A stretch of DNA of 63,594 nt, filler included, from Conidiobolus incongruus B7586 (taxonomy: Eukaryota), in NCBI GenBank assembly GCA_000697335.1. It is 14 parts of 14 records of this genome, joined end to end, with 100 filler letters (N's around TTAATTAATTAA, not from the genome) between each part and the next. Parts side by side here need not be neighbours in the genome. Positions count along the whole stretch, not along the records: positions 33,252 to 41,276 come from JNEM01007270.1; positions 41,377 to 45,590 come from JNEM01007271.1; positions 45,691 to 54,069 come from JNEM01007272.1; 11 more parts are not named here. The stretch is one strand, 5' to 3'. Below, piece after piece: positions 37,868 to 52,209 of this stretch (positions are counted from its first letter, which is position 1; each line of letters starts with the position of its first letter). Below the pieces are notes generated by a model. It worked only from the letters and a program-made list of their open reading frames with translations, searched no databases and had not been told where the DNA came from. Position numbers and translations under genes: made by a program.

Positions 37868-40773
37868 TTTATAGACTAAATTAAATTGTTTACCTAATAT
37901 TAGATAAATTGTAACAAGTTTTAATAACCGAATAAACAATTAATTAATTAAAAGGATCTCTATTATTAAATTTAATTTAATTTTCGGAATCACAATAATT
38001 TAAATTATTAAACTTAACCAGGTTCTTTAATGAAATAATTAATATAAAAAAGAAAATGATAGACTAATGAGGTATGATTAGTAATAATTGACTTTTGAAA
38101 GAAATATTAGTCAGTTATGAACCTCCTTTAATTAAGGCATATATTGGAAAATGAATGATAAACACTATTTAAATAGTTTATATGTGGATATATAAAGCGA
38201 AATAAAATGATAGTTCACATTGTTGGATATGATGCAAACAATTATAATTTACAATCATTTATAATTCACTAGAGCATATTATTTCAGAGTATTTATTGAG
38301 GTTCAAAAAACAATTAAGATATCATGTTTGTTTAGTAGTGTGTTCCAAATAAACTTTAAAATTTTTTATTGTTTCATCAAAAGTTTCAGTATTAAGGATT
38401 AATTATGGAAATTTTGAAGGTTTTGCTATATTTTGAATTTAATAATGGATATTTTTAAGTTAATCAAAGATTAAATTAATAATTTGGTAAATATGCACAT
38501 GATGATTATTAGGTTATTATTATAAGTTCTATTTTTAATATTAACATTGATGTTGCTTTATTACATCTAGTACGAATTTAATACATTTTGACATTCAATA
38601 ACTAAGACGGATATAATATTAATAATTACAGTAATTCGGATTTTAGCAAATCATGATCATTCCAGTTAGCAATAAATAATGATGTAATATTGTGAATAGA
38701 AATATATTGGTACATTCACCAAAAGATTTCTTAAAATTATTCCGGTATTTATGCAAATCAAAAAACTATAAAATTGGCAAAAAGAGATATAAACACAAAT
38801 TATCAAATTAATTGAAATTTTAATAAAATCCAAATCACCATTATTATTAATAAACTAAACCCTCCATTTAAATTCAATGTATCCAAGTTTGAATTACGCT
38901 TTGAAAATATTCATGTATTTTTAGTAGATTTAGATTCTGTAATTGAATATGGTTTCAAATTTATTTCATTCCACTTCTATTGTTTTACAGATACAATAGT
39001 TGGTGATATTTCTTCACACTATTTGGAATTGGGGTGATATTGCGTTATTTTATTCTGATTTGGCACCTTAATATTTTGATTTTGTTCCTTTATTCCATCC
39101 CGAAATTTGATCCATTTTTCAATTGTATTATTCAATATGATTGTCGCCTTGGGTTAATTGATATTTTGTTAGGTTTAATTGTGTAATTAATCAAACAAAA
39201 CTTTTATTATAATTCGATTGAGTTCTCAATTAATTTTATTGTAATTGAATGAGGTAACTGTGAAAATTGATTGATTTTGATTTGAATTTGGCTAATTCAA
39301 ATAATCTATTTACTCTGTGGTTATGTGAAATTGCTATACATTCTTAATTTATTATACATTAACACTATTAATAACATTCTGTCATAGACGCAGTACCCTA
39401 AAATTCAACTTACATTAATTAAAATACATGGAATTTCTAATTAATTCATTCCAATTGTTTACTCGACCAATGTTTTTTATGGTCTCAATTTTATTGATTA
39501 TTCAAATTCGCATTAAAAATTTCAAATTTATTAATTTTTATTAATTAAAAAAAATCCAGAATTGGTCAATTTTTAAAAGAAACATATAAAAAATTTGTTG
39601 AGTTGATTTTAAAAAATTATAATGCATCAAATTTTATACTTTATATATGTAACTAATTTCAAATATTTGTATATTAAGTTTAAACATTTTAAAATTTGTT
39701 ATAAAGATAAATATTATTAAAACTCTTGTTTGATATATTGTATTAAATATATTATTTGGAAATATATAGAATAATTTTATGTTTTATTCCAAACTAAGTT
39801 ATATTATAAATATTTGATAGGTTAGTATAATTTATTTATTTTGAATTAAAAATTAATATTAAAATTTATTATATATAACTAATTTAATATAATTAATATC
39901 AAATAAAAATAAAATATTATTTTTTTATAATAATCATCGATATATTATACTACTTCAAAGTCTCTAATCGTATTGTTATTCTTATATATATATATATATA
40001 TATATATCAACACTAATGTCAATTAACAAAATATTCATTGATATATTATTTAAACACAATGTTAGCTCTATGGTAAATTTGATTAATTTGAATGATAATT
40101 TATTTGATATTGGATTAAATATCTATTTATATAAAATTTTATAAATAGCATTTATAAACTTATGATAATTGATTAACATTTAATACTTAATCTAAATTAA
40201 AACCTTTGATAAAAATTATTATGGTTAAATTATATTATAATAATGATAATTAATTTAAATTATATTTATAATTAAAATTAATTAATATATCTAACAATAT
40301 AAGATTAATTATTTAATTTAGTCAATTTAAATTTAATATAATTTTAAATATTTTTATTTTATTAATAAATTAATTAATTCAAATTTAGAAATATCGTATT
40401 ACTTGACTAAGTTAAACAAAATTTGAAAAATTAAATTTTAATCAATTTATAACCATGTTTAGTTATTGCCAATTTTAGATTAATATCCTTATATTAATAT
40501 TTAAGGATTTATAATATTATAATATATTGAATTTGATTTATTTAAATTGAATATTATAAATAACATCCTTTCAAAAACTTAATTAATTCGGCTTTATTAA
40601 AATCAATTATTAAAATCAAATATTTTTTTATTATTAAAAATTATATATATAAATAAATCTTTATTAATATTTTCATTTTAATATACTATTAACTTTAATT
40701 AACATATGAATTTAAAAAACAAATAAATAAATTATTAAATTTAATTAAATTTATTTATTAGATAATGATGATA

Positions 40774-41135
40774 GTAACTGAGGGCGGGAATTGACTTTTT
40801 TCAAAGCTTAAACAGGGAATCACCAGTGGTAAACAACAGATTACCACAGAGTTACAGGTAATTGATTGGGTTCACTGAATAAGGTGTAAATGGCTTACTC
40901 TAAATTGGGTTTTGTGTGTAAAGTAATTATCTCACACTTGTTATAACTCAACACTTTTGTGAGGATATAAGAAAATCTTACAGACTGGATACTTTTGAAA
41001 TAAGGATAAAAAAGGTGTGTTTATTAGTTCATTTATGTTAATATTATATTAAAGTTCAGGAAATAGGAGTTCTCGTATGGTATCTCTTAATTCAGTATAG
41101 TAATCACAGTTTCTTAAGTAATTGACAAGATCATT
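40774..41135 (-). repeat. Dispersed LTR-like repeat (CpG-depleted copy)
   Basis: Reverse complement homologous to 19670-20030. Confidence 0.75.
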
Positions 41136-44100
41136 TGCTATTAATATTGTAATTTCAAAATCATTAATTTAATATTCATATTTAAATATAATATATATAT
41201 TAAAAATAATATTTTTGAATATATATGAAGTTTTTAATATTTTAAAAAAATATTGATATAATATATTTAATAAAATNNNNNNNNNNNNNNNNNNNNNNNN
41301 NNNNNNNNNNNNNNNNNNNNTTAATTAATTAANNNNNNNNNNNNNNNNNNNNNNNNNNNNNNNNNNNNNNNNNNNNTAATTTACCAAATATTAACTCTAT
41401 ATATTATATTTTATATAGTATCATAATATATAAGTTTATATAAATTACAAAATAGTAAAATTTAAATAAAATTAAATTATAAATTTATATTCGATTCTAA
41501 TATTTCAAATTTTTATAATTTTAAGAATATTGGATTAAATAAATTATAATTTAACAACGAGTTTTAAAATACAGAAGGATTGAATAGATAAATATATATT
41601 TTGGGATATTACCTTGCTAATTATATAACATAGAAACGAAGCAAATATCATACTTATAATCGTTTAGAAATTATTCATAGGTTGATTGTCCGAATTGAAT
41701 AATATTTGATTTAATTAATAGTGTATTATCAAGCAAATTTCGATCATTTTTAATTAAAAATATAGGCAATGGTTTTATCGATTAAATTATATAATGAAAG
41801 TTAATATTTTTATAGTTTTATTCAAAAAAACAATATTTATTGATAATAGATAAATATCATTAACATTATAATTGTTATTAGTATTACGGATAGAATATAT
41901 TTGAAACCAATGTTTTAATAATATCTTAAAATCAACTAATAATAAAAAGTAAACTTTGTAGTTTTAGGAACTAAAATTATCTCTAAATGGTGTAAATATC
42001 CTTGAAATCGCTTATTTTTTTAAAAGTATTAAAAAAATTAGAAGAATCGACATAATATGAGATTGATTTATGTATTAAAAATAACTAGATAAAATACTCA
42101 AATATATTTATATACTTTTTTATTTTTAAATTAACCATGGTAAAAAATCTATATAAACTATTTGTTGATATATTTTAATATATTAATAGATAAAATATAG
42201 TAAATGTGGTTCATTATTTTGGTAATTATTTTCTTAAATTTCAATATCTATGAAAATATTAAATTTTAAATTCTATTAAATATTATAGGTTTATTGGCTT
42301 TTATAATTCAAAAATAATCAAAATAATATTCAATGACATCATAACTTTTTCATAATGAAAATTAATTGATTTAAAACTAAATATATTGTTATCAATCATA
42401 ATATTTAATTTGAAACTATTATTTATTAAATTTATGAAATAATATTCTGGTCAATCACATAATCATTCCTAATTAATAAAATCATTTTATTTATATTTTA
42501 CTTTTTGAACAAATATCAAGGATGGTGTTTTATTAATAATTTATTTATTTCTTTTAGAAAATATATGGTTTTATAATACTAAATTTATCAAACACTAAAT
42601 CAATAAAGGAAGATATTCAAAATAAATTTTTAATGAATTTTGATGTCTGGGGTATTAATAATCAAATATAAAACTGAATAATCCTATTCTATTAATAAAA
42701 TACTTAGGCAATGAGGAGATTATTATAATATTAAACTAAATATATATTTGTAAGATTTATATATAACTTTTTACTTATTGATCATTTATTTTTTACTTTA
42801 TTTCAAAAATATACTTTGATATTGAAAATAGATTCAAACTGGTTCAAATTTAGCTAATTAATTAGAGGTGAAATACTTTTTATTCTAGTCTTAATTTAGA
42901 AGTAATTATGTTAGGGAGATTTTGTCTAATATGCTTTAGCATTCAAATGCCCATTTTTGGTTTTTCTTTATTAACCTCATTTGGCTATTATAATTTATAC
43001 TCAAGAGTTTATGAATATAGAATGTCATAAAAATTTTAACTAAAATAATGATTTATTTTATACATATTCCTTTAGATTTATTTTATCAGGCTTTGTTATT
43101 ATTTTCCTTTTTTATCCCCTTTTCAAAGATTATTTTGAGCTAGTGATATTATAATTTTTGAAATATAGTTAATTTTTAAATCTAGTTAGTTTAATTAACC
43201 TCAAAAATAAAGTCTAAGATGAATAATCTATATTCACTGATTTTTTTATTAATATTTTATTTTATATTCTTGTATTTTCATCTAAATTGTATTATATTGG
43301 GTATAAACTTGAAGTAGGAAATAAATGAACATTTTTGATGGATATTGTTTCACAAAGTTTAAGAAATTATTCGGCAGTGGTAAATAGCTTCATCCTGTTG
43401 TAAATGAAACAAAATGTCATAGTTTCTTTTATTCAATTCTTAAATTAAATCAAATCTTCTATATTCAAATAAATCACTAATATTTTGGTCATAGTAATAT
43501 TCATATAAATTTAACTATATATTTTAATGGAAAAATAAATCAAATTAATATAAACTACTAGTATTTAATTAGTTTTTTGAAAAATGTTAAATGAATTTAA
43601 TCTAATTATTTTTATTTTAAATTTATTTATATAATATATAATTTATTAATATTTTATTTTGAAATATATTTCTTTTGATTATCCTTATTTAGTATATGTA
43701 AATACGAATTCAAAAATTAACTTTGAAGGATTACTTTTTAAAAATATTTTATTGAAAAAAATATCCATTTTCAGACTAAAGTATATAGTGAAAAACAATA
43801 CTTATTTTACTATAATCAATTCAAAATATATTATAATTCAAAATGTTAAATATTCTAAGTACAGTGGGATGTTATATTTAAAATTATAATAACTTGGAAG
43901 AGTTTGCAATTTAACTCTGTTTATTTTTGAAGTAAATTTTACAAATAAAAATTCAATAAATTTTTTAAATTTCCTAATAAAATATCAGGGTTTTAATCAA
44001 TTTGAAATAATCAAAATAATGAAAAATAATAATCAGTATTTTAATATAATTTGTTATTTAGTTCTGAGAATATTACTATTTAAAATATATTTTTCCCATA

Positions 44101-44191
44101 AATTAATTATATATTAATTATATACAAATTTTTATATTGAATTTGAGTAATTTATCTAATATTTTTAAATAGTATAAATTTTGTCTAGATA

Positions 44192-45008
44192 TTACTTTGT
44201 AATTTAAATAATGGGAATTTTTTGCAATTGAAAAAAAATAAACATTTTAATATATAAAGAGTAAAAATAAATATATAATACAAAATTAATAGTTTCTTTT
44301 ATTTCTAATAACTTTTTGCTTTACTTTTAGCAAAAATCTAACACTTAAAAAAACAATTCTTTTTATTAAAGACTAAAATTTGATATTTCACAAACCAATT
44401 AAATTTTCTTATAAAAATTTTCTTTTTTATAAGCTAGTTTTTTAATTGCTTAAAACAATTATAATCACATAGGTTATAATATAAGGAATATACTAGATAT
44501 AGTAGTTTTTTTAATTGTTTTTAATTAAAAAGTTTTTTACAACTTTAAATTTATGTATTTTATAATTATTATGCAAAATAATTGGTTTTCTGAAATTATT
44601 TTGAGAATACTAATTAGAAATAGTTTTATTTAAAAAAAATATAAAGTTTACTATTAATTGATTTTTTGAAAAACTAAATAAGAATAGTATATGCTATTAT
44701 AATATATTATAACAATTAAAATTTATTTATCAATAAAGTGTTTATTTAAAGGAATTTATAAAAAGGGTTGATTTAATTTAATCTAACACCTTAATTTATG
44801 TTTTAGTAAAAAATTATATAAAAGAATCTAAGATTCATTAATTATAATAATTTACTGTAAAAGCTTTAGTTTCTAGTTATATCTTAGTAAGTTTTATTTA
44901 ACAATAACTTTTTTAACTTTTTTTAAGCTTTAGTTAAATTATAAGATACCTATTTTATATTTTTATTAATTAATTTTAATTTAAACTTTAATATATATAA
45001 AATACTTA
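44192..45008 (-). mobile_element. Mariner (DD34D) 3' portion, interrupted by Tc1
   Basis: TA-ttactttgtaatttaaataatgggaatttttt TIR; colinear with 54519-55341. Confidence 0.9.
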
Positions 45009-45010
45009 TA

Positions 45011-45590
45011 CACTAACCCACAAAAGTGAGTCATAAAATCAAAAACACTTATATTTTTACTAATAACTTGATTAATATTTAATGAAATAAACCTAAATTA
45101 AATAATTAAAATCTATTATATTTATTAGTTATATATATCATTAAATGATGATATTTAGCTATTAATTGGTTAAAATATAAACCCTTAAATTTTACCTAAG
45201 ATGAGTTATAAATTTGCAGGTTTTTGGTGATAAAAAAAAATTAAAACCTAGTGTATCTACCTTTAGCTTTTCTAACTTCTTTAAGTTTGTGGGGTATAGA
45301 ATCAACTAACTTCTTACACTAGGAAGGGTTAATCTTGTTCTATACTTCTTGAACATATTCCCAAAGTTGATCTAAATTTTTTGCTAGGGGGAAAGCTTTA
45401 ATAGCTTTTTTTAACTGATCCTAAAGGTGTTTAATTAGATTAAAGTTAGGAGATTAAAGAGGCCACTTTATAACTGTTATCTTGTTATTTTTAAGCTATT
45501 TGGTAGTAGAAGCTGTAGTATAGCAAGAGGCATTATCTTGCTAGAAAATAACATCAGATTTATTTAACCCATATTATTCAATGGTTTTTT
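45011..45590 (-). mobile_element. Tc1 copy (least mutated), truncated by a gap
   Basis: TA-cactaacccacaaaagtgagtcataaaatcaaaaa. Retains NASC and KWP codons; no CpG seen. Confidence 0.92.
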
Positions 45591-46558
45591 NNNNNNNNNN
45601 NNNNNNNNNNNNNNNNNNNNNNNNNNNNNNNNNNTTAATTAATTAANNNNNNNNNNNNNNNNNNNNNNNNNNNNNNNNNNNNNNNNNNNNCAATATTGAT
45701 ATTTTTGGTTTAAATTATATTGTTATTTTTGATTTAATAATAATAAAATTAATATTAAAAATTTTATAAATTTTTAAATATTTTGATAATTTATATTAGG
45801 AAATAAGATAATATCAATTTTGAATAGCATAAAAATTAATATATAATATTAATAAATAAAAACATATAAATATATTAAATCTTTTATATTTTATTTAATT
45901 TTTAAAAAAAATTAATTAAATTATTATTAAAAAATTTTGTTTAAATTAATTAAGTTTAAATAAAAATATAAAAATATATTAATATTCTCACGAAAAATTG
46001 ACTATTAACAATATTTCTGAAATCATATAAATTTCCATTTATATTATTTGAAATTCGAATCCAAAAAATATAGTAATGATGAATTAATGAGTTACCTATT
46101 TAAAAAAGGAGCACTATAGAAATGATAATTATATATTTATATAAATCTTAAATGAGTTCTGAATATTAATTTTGTTTTTCAACATACTTTTAAAATATTT
46201 TTAAGAATTGTTTTAAATATATTGATTCAATAAGATTAAGATTAAAAAACTATTTAATACCAAACAAAGAAATTTCAATGTTATTTATGATCAAATAATC
46301 TGAATTTATTGAATAAATAATTAAGTATGCAATATTATAAATGTTATTAATAGATATAATCCCATAACTTTAAAATCTTTGTTCAAATTAATTAATTATG
46401 AATTCATTAAATTGGTTTCAATTCAAATTAAAAATAATTCCAAAATATTTAATTAAAATTGAAAAATCATATAAATTCATTAAATTTATTTATTTTTATT
46501 TAAATTCTCATCAACAAAGGATTTTATTGAATTACTGTATAATAAACCGACATTCGAA

Positions 46559-47338
46559 ATGACTCGCGATCACAGTGTGGATATGGCAGATGGTGAAAAT
46601 CAACATTCTCCAAAACAGATTAATATAATTCGCAGAGGACGTGGTTTTAAGTCTCAGAATCAGGGACTGAACACTGCTTCTCAGCAGTATGATTCTATTG
46701 GTGTGGACTCTAACCAAATTGACGCCCAGCCTAGTGTAGAAGGATGGGTTTTAGTGGTTGCCAACATTCATCCCGAAGCTATGGAGGAAGATTTAAGGGA
46801 TAGATTTGCAGATTTTGGTACGATTAAGAGCTTGAATCAAATTTTGGACCGTCAAACTGGGTATTGTAAGGGTTATGCGCTGCTCGAATACGGCACTTAC
46901 CAAGAAGCTAAAAATGCGATTGACAACGCTGATGAAATTGATATTATGGGCCAGAAAGTTCAAGTAGACTTCGCCTTCAAAAGACCTCCCCCCGATGCTG
47001 GCGATCCCGTGCGTATCGACCCCATCGTTCGCGATCGCAAACGTCCCACAACGATTGACGATCGCCTGGGCGACCGCTTCGACAGACATCGTAATAGGAA
47101 TGACGATGATATGGAAGAAGGCGAAGTTGACGAACGTCGTCACTATAGAGGCAGACGTAACAACTACCGTCCCCACCATAGAAAGCCCTACTCACGCCCC
47201 GAGCGCAGAAGGCATCCTGACGATCCCAGCGAAATTGAAAGGGATTTAGGTAGAAGTCGAGACGAGGATTATTCCAGTCGTCGTAGCTATCGCGACTCTA
47301 GGAGGAGAGATCGATCTTTGAGTCCTCGTAAGTATTAA
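46559..47338 (+). CDS. RBM8A: Exon-junction complex RNA-binding protein Y14/RBM8A with a long R/D/S-rich tail
   Basis: RRGRGF; QPSVEGWVLVVANIHPEAMEEDLRDRFADFG; LDRQTGYCKGYALLEY; VDFAF; ends RDRSLSPRKY. Confidence 0.9.
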   Translation: MTRDHSVDMADGENQHSPKQINIIRRGRGFKSQNQGLNTASQQYDSIGVDSNQIDAQPSVEGWVLVVANIHPEAMEEDLRDRFADFGTIKSLNQILDRQTGYCKGYALLEYGTYQEAKNAIDNADEIDIMGQKVQVDFAFKRPPPDAGDPVRIDPIVRDRKRPTTIDDRLGDRFDRHRNRNDDDMEEGEVDERRHYRGRRNNYRPHHRKPYSRPERRRHPDDPSEIERDLGRSRDEDYSSRRSYRDSRRRDRSLSPRKY

Positions 47339-48961
47339 ATTATCAAATACTTCACTCACTCATATATATTTTATTATTATTATTGTAACTTTGCCATTTA
47401 TTTAGCTAAATCATTTTAGTATGAATTTTAACATTAAAATAACCTTGTTTCATTAGACCATATGAATTTTATTTTCCTAATCTAAAATTTATTCCCAGTG
47501 AATTATTGATATTATTTTTATATAATTATTATTAAATCAAAATAGAATACGAATATTAATACAAAATATGAGAATTAAAGTTGATTAATGATATAATAAC
47601 AAATGCACCGATTTTTGTAAAAGTATTATTGAGAATAAAAAAAACTACAGGCTCTAGAATTCAAATTTACTACAACATACCATTAGGTCAAAACTTGGAT
47701 ACCTTGCTTATCATTTAAAAATATCTTCCTAAAAGCCCAATTTCTTAGATACTTTACTGTCTAAAAGCATTGTCTTTGAATAATCAACTCTCCTTTAAAT
47801 TTATAGGGTTTTAAAGTTAGATAGCGGTTGCTATAACTTTAAAGTATGCCTCAGTTAATAAGCAAATTACTGTTTTCGGAATGAGATTATCTGAAAAAAG
47901 TATTGATATTAAATTTAAAAAATTAAGATTATTTAAAATAATTCAATTTTTGAAAATTTTTTAATATATATTTTAATAAGAGGTAAATAAAAATATTTAG
48001 TATACTGAAATAAATTAATTTTCAATATAGCATTTATCATAATTTGAACTGATTATTACATTATTAATAACAATTAGCTAATATATACACACACAAATTT
48101 TCTTATCATAAATTAATTAATTCAGTCTACTTATTAACTGAGACCAACTTTAATTTTAGATATTATTTTAATTAGAAAAATTCTCTGCTAATAATTGAAA
48201 TGAAAACAAAAATAACATATTAAATATATCTGACCTATTTTTGATTTAATTTTAATACATAGTTACTTTTTCTAGTTATAACTATAAGCTTATTTAATAT
48301 CAAATAATATTTTTATTTAAATTTTGTAATTGTATTTATAAAGTCAATTAATACAATAAAAGATTATAGTATATCAAATTTGTTTCTAACATCTCAAATT
48401 ATAGTAATAATATATTAAGTGAAATATACTTTTGAAATTTTATATAATGAATAAAATATATATTTAATAACCATTTTTGTTTAATTAAAATATAAAATAT
48501 AAAATAATATTTTAAATGATTTAAGGATATAAACAATAATTGAAAACTATTACATTATTTATTTTTCTAACTAAAATATTATTCAAGGAATTTCGAAAAA
48601 TACTTTATTCAAAACTAATTAAAGTTATAATAGGCACTAATTAGTAATAAAACTCTGTCTCTAACATATAACTTTTGAAATTAAATTCACAATATTTATA
48701 AATAGATTTTTGTTTTCGAGTCAAATTTTAGGAAGGATAAATATTTTTATCTCTAATTAACTAATATACAATTTAATTTGTAATTTATTTACAAATAAAG
48801 ATATATAATTTTATTAAACTCAAAAATTGAAATAACTTAGTGTTTAATATTGAATAAAAAACAATTTGATAATATAATAATAATGAGAATATGAATTAAA
48901 TAAAAAAATATTATAATAATAAACGAATCAGAGTTGTAAAATGATTCTTCTCGTTCTAGTA

Positions 48962-49035
48962 TGCTCCCAACAGGGATCGAACCTGTGACCTTGGCGTTAT
49001 TAGCACCACGCTCTAACCAACTGAGCTATGGGAGC
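48962..49035 (-). tRNA. tRNA-Ile (AAT)
   Basis: GCTCCCATAGCTCAGTTGGTTAGAGCGTGGTGCTAATAACGCCAAGGTCACAGGTTCGATCCCTGTTGGGAGCA; cloverleaf with A and B boxes. Confidence 0.97.
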
Positions 49036-49045
49036 ATATTTTAGG

Positions 49046-49536
49046 TGTGATAATTGCTATTATTTGATACTTTTCCTCACTCCAATTTACTACCAAGTTC
49101 CTATTAATCAAATGTCCTTATCAACATTTTATCAGTCCACGTCCAAGTGACCTCACTGATACTCAGTTGTTTCATACTTGTTCCTATATATCTCAATTAT
49201 TTATAAGAAGGACTCGGTTTCTCCTCTTTGATCTCTCTCCTTAACCTTTCTACTTTTTTACACAAATAAACCTTTTGCCTACTTCCAAGACCATACCTTT
49301 AGTATACTCAAGCAGCTGCCTATAGTCCGCTTGAGTCATCTTCCATTATTCATTCCACATTCATTCCTATTGATATTTTGTGATTCTATCTTTTTAGCAT
49401 GTCAGATCCTAGCGCCACTACTGTTGCTACTGGTCTAGTCGCTCTTTACAACCCCCGTTTACAAGTGATCAGGGACGGATAACCAGAGAACTGATCATCG
49501 GCAGTTTGCCCCAGTTAGTAGGTGTTATATTTCACA
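49046..49536 (+). mobile_element. Probable LTR (plus a short internal stub to ~49605) just upstream of tRNA-Ile
   Basis: TGTGA...TCACA termini. TATA (ttataag ~49201), pyrimidine tract and AATAAA (~49265). Followed by atcTGG (PBS-like). No TSD found. Confidence 0.55.
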
Positions 49537-49793
49537 ATCTGGCCTACAGAATAGCTGTGTCAGTGTCCTCGATGACGCTCCAAGAGCTAATAGCCATGAC
49601 AACAAAAACTATATATAATTTTATTATTTAATATAGCATTTAATAGTCCAACTTGTATACATTCAATCAAACTCATTTTTCCATATCATTTTGAATTTAT
49701 TTTTTAAAATTGTAATTATAATTCATTGTTTTAATTTTATTTTTTATATACTTTTATTTCTTTTAGTGTCTTTAAATATTTTTTTATTAATTT

Positions 49794-49824
<31 letters not shown>

Positions 49825-50224
49825 CATTCTTTGATTATAAAATTTTTATTTTTTATATTTTATTTAAAATTTGAATATGATATAATTAAATTTACTAATG
49901 AATTAAATCAATTTATTATAAAAAATGATAAAAATAATTATTTGATTAATATATAAGAAATTGAAACTATAAAAAATAATTAATTTATGTTAAAAATAAA
50001 AAGTTATAATTTTGGTTATATTTTTCAAATTAATAATTAAAAAAAAATATTGATGATTGAATAAAATTAAATATAATATTTAAAAAATTGAACGTTAAGA
50101 TAAAAAATTAAAGATTATGCTTGTGACTAAGAAAATTGATTTAATACTAAATTTATAAAAAATATCAAAATATAGATTGAATAATCAGTGTTGAGGAGAT
50201 ACTTTGAAGGGATTTAATTTTCAA

Positions 50225-50297
50225 CACCCAACGTGGGGGTCGAACCCACAACCTTGAGATTAAGAGTCTCACGCTCTACCGATTGAGCTAGCCGGGC
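50225..50297 (-). tRNA. tRNA-Lys (CTT)
   Basis: GCCCGGCTAGCTCAATCGGTAGAGCGTGAGACTCTTAATCTCAAGGTTGTGGGTTCGACCCCCACGTTGGGTG. Confidence 0.97.
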
Positions 50298-52209
50298 TTA
50301 TTTTAAATGATCAAATCAAATTAAAATTTTTTAATTAGTTTTTTAAAATACTTTTTTATCATCATTTCTCTGTCAATTATTTATAATATTACATTTTTGT
50401 AAATTAAAATTCATAATCTATTAACATTAATATTTCACTTTGGACAATTTCCTTATATTTTTTAATTAATATATGCTTCAATATTTTTCTATTCATTCTT
50501 TGATTACCTAATATTTTAAAATTATATTTTTCAATATCATTCAAAAAATTTATTATTAAAATTTTAATTGATTTTGTTTAATCAATTTGATATAGAAACT
50601 TATGATTTTAAATATAATAAAATTAAAAAAAATACTTTATTTTCTTCATCAAAAAAATCCATTATATATTTCTATATATAATAAATTATAATATTATACT
50701 TTTTATTATCTTTAATTGTTCATGTTAATATTTTTGAATACAAAATAAGTTATTTAATTTTTAAAATATAGTTAAAGATTTTTATATCTTTTATAATAAA
50801 AATACATCTAATATATAATGGTTAATCTAGTATATAATTTAAATAGCATCGATTATATAAGTAATATTTAAAATATATTTTGAATATTCATTTTTTGAAT
50901 TATTAGTATAATTTGAAGCAATATCATTGTTGTTAATAAATATTAAACTTAATAAAACTATATTATTTTCATATTGTATACTCTGATTAAATATATTAAT
51001 ACCAATATACTAGATAATTTTAAATAATTATTTTGTTATATATAGACTATTTAAAAAGTTTTAATATATATCATATATTATTTACATTTTACAATATATG
51101 ATATTTAACTTTATTAAAATGACTGAAGAAATAATAATATTAGTGAAATATTCAATGAATTATATAATATAATTATTTTAAAAACTTATATATATATATA
51201 TATATAACTTGAAAATTTCTTAATTTTATATAAACTATTGTATAATTAATTGACTTATTATATTTGTTACTTTTAATCAATATTTTATAATAATTTTTTA
51301 AATAGTAACCAACTATGAAAAAATTTTTATAATTTTATATAAATTAACTATATGGTTGACGGAATTTAATATTATTTTTTTAAATTGAATTTTTAATTGA
51401 AAACTTAATAAGAATTGCAATCATTATTTAGGTAAAAAGAAATATACCTGAATCTTACATTTTATTACTTTAATATAACAATATTAATTAAATATAAAGA
51501 CATTAAAAAAATACTATGTTGTTATTTTTATATCAGTCATTATTCCTAATTAATTTTGAAATTATATTATTTACAATTATTTTTATTAGTTTTATTTTTT
51601 AAAAGAAATTTATAAATACAATATTACAAAATAGTCAAATCGATTTTTAGAAATAATTTAAAATATTAATCATCATTTGATAATTTAGTAACCTTCTTTA
51701 ATTGGCAAAATATTAACTTTTAATTGATAGGACTCCTGATATTAACTTTTAATCAAAATATAATAAAAAGGTATTAATCAAATAAATTCAAGATACATAA
51801 GTCAAATGAATAATAAAAATTTTAAGATTAATACGTTATTCAATTGAGAAGTCCAACTCACACTAATGATATTATTCAAGTTCAAATTATTAACAAATTC
51901 TAATTTAAAACCTATTTTATAAGGCTAAGAATCAAAAGATATTAAAATAAATAAAGCAATATCAGAATAAATCATATCATATAATCAAAAATCACACTAA
52001 ATTAAAAAAAGAGGAATTAATTTCATTTGATTTATGATTGCATTAAGTAAATGCATGAAGTTGATGACATAAATCAACTAAATGCTCTATTCAATATAAA
52101 TAGTTTAAATATCCTTAAATAATGAATCGAATTTATTGAATCATCTTCAATCTTCAATTAATAAACAATATAATAACTATAAACTACAAAAAAGAATAAA
52201 GATATAATA

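Noticed and set aside
38860..39150. Slightly GC-richer, coding-like stretch on minus (also 53450-53700)
   Set aside because: Frames are interrupted by stops and I recognise no homology; not supportable as a gene or pseudogene.
46532..47249. Several overlapping alternative-frame and antisense ORFs
   Set aside because: Shadow ORFs of the GC-rich RBM8A CDS.
47810..47843. Hairpin tttaaagtt(ag)atagc-ggtt-gctataactttaaa
   Set aside because: Single short AT-rich inverted repeat with a bulge; plausible by chance.
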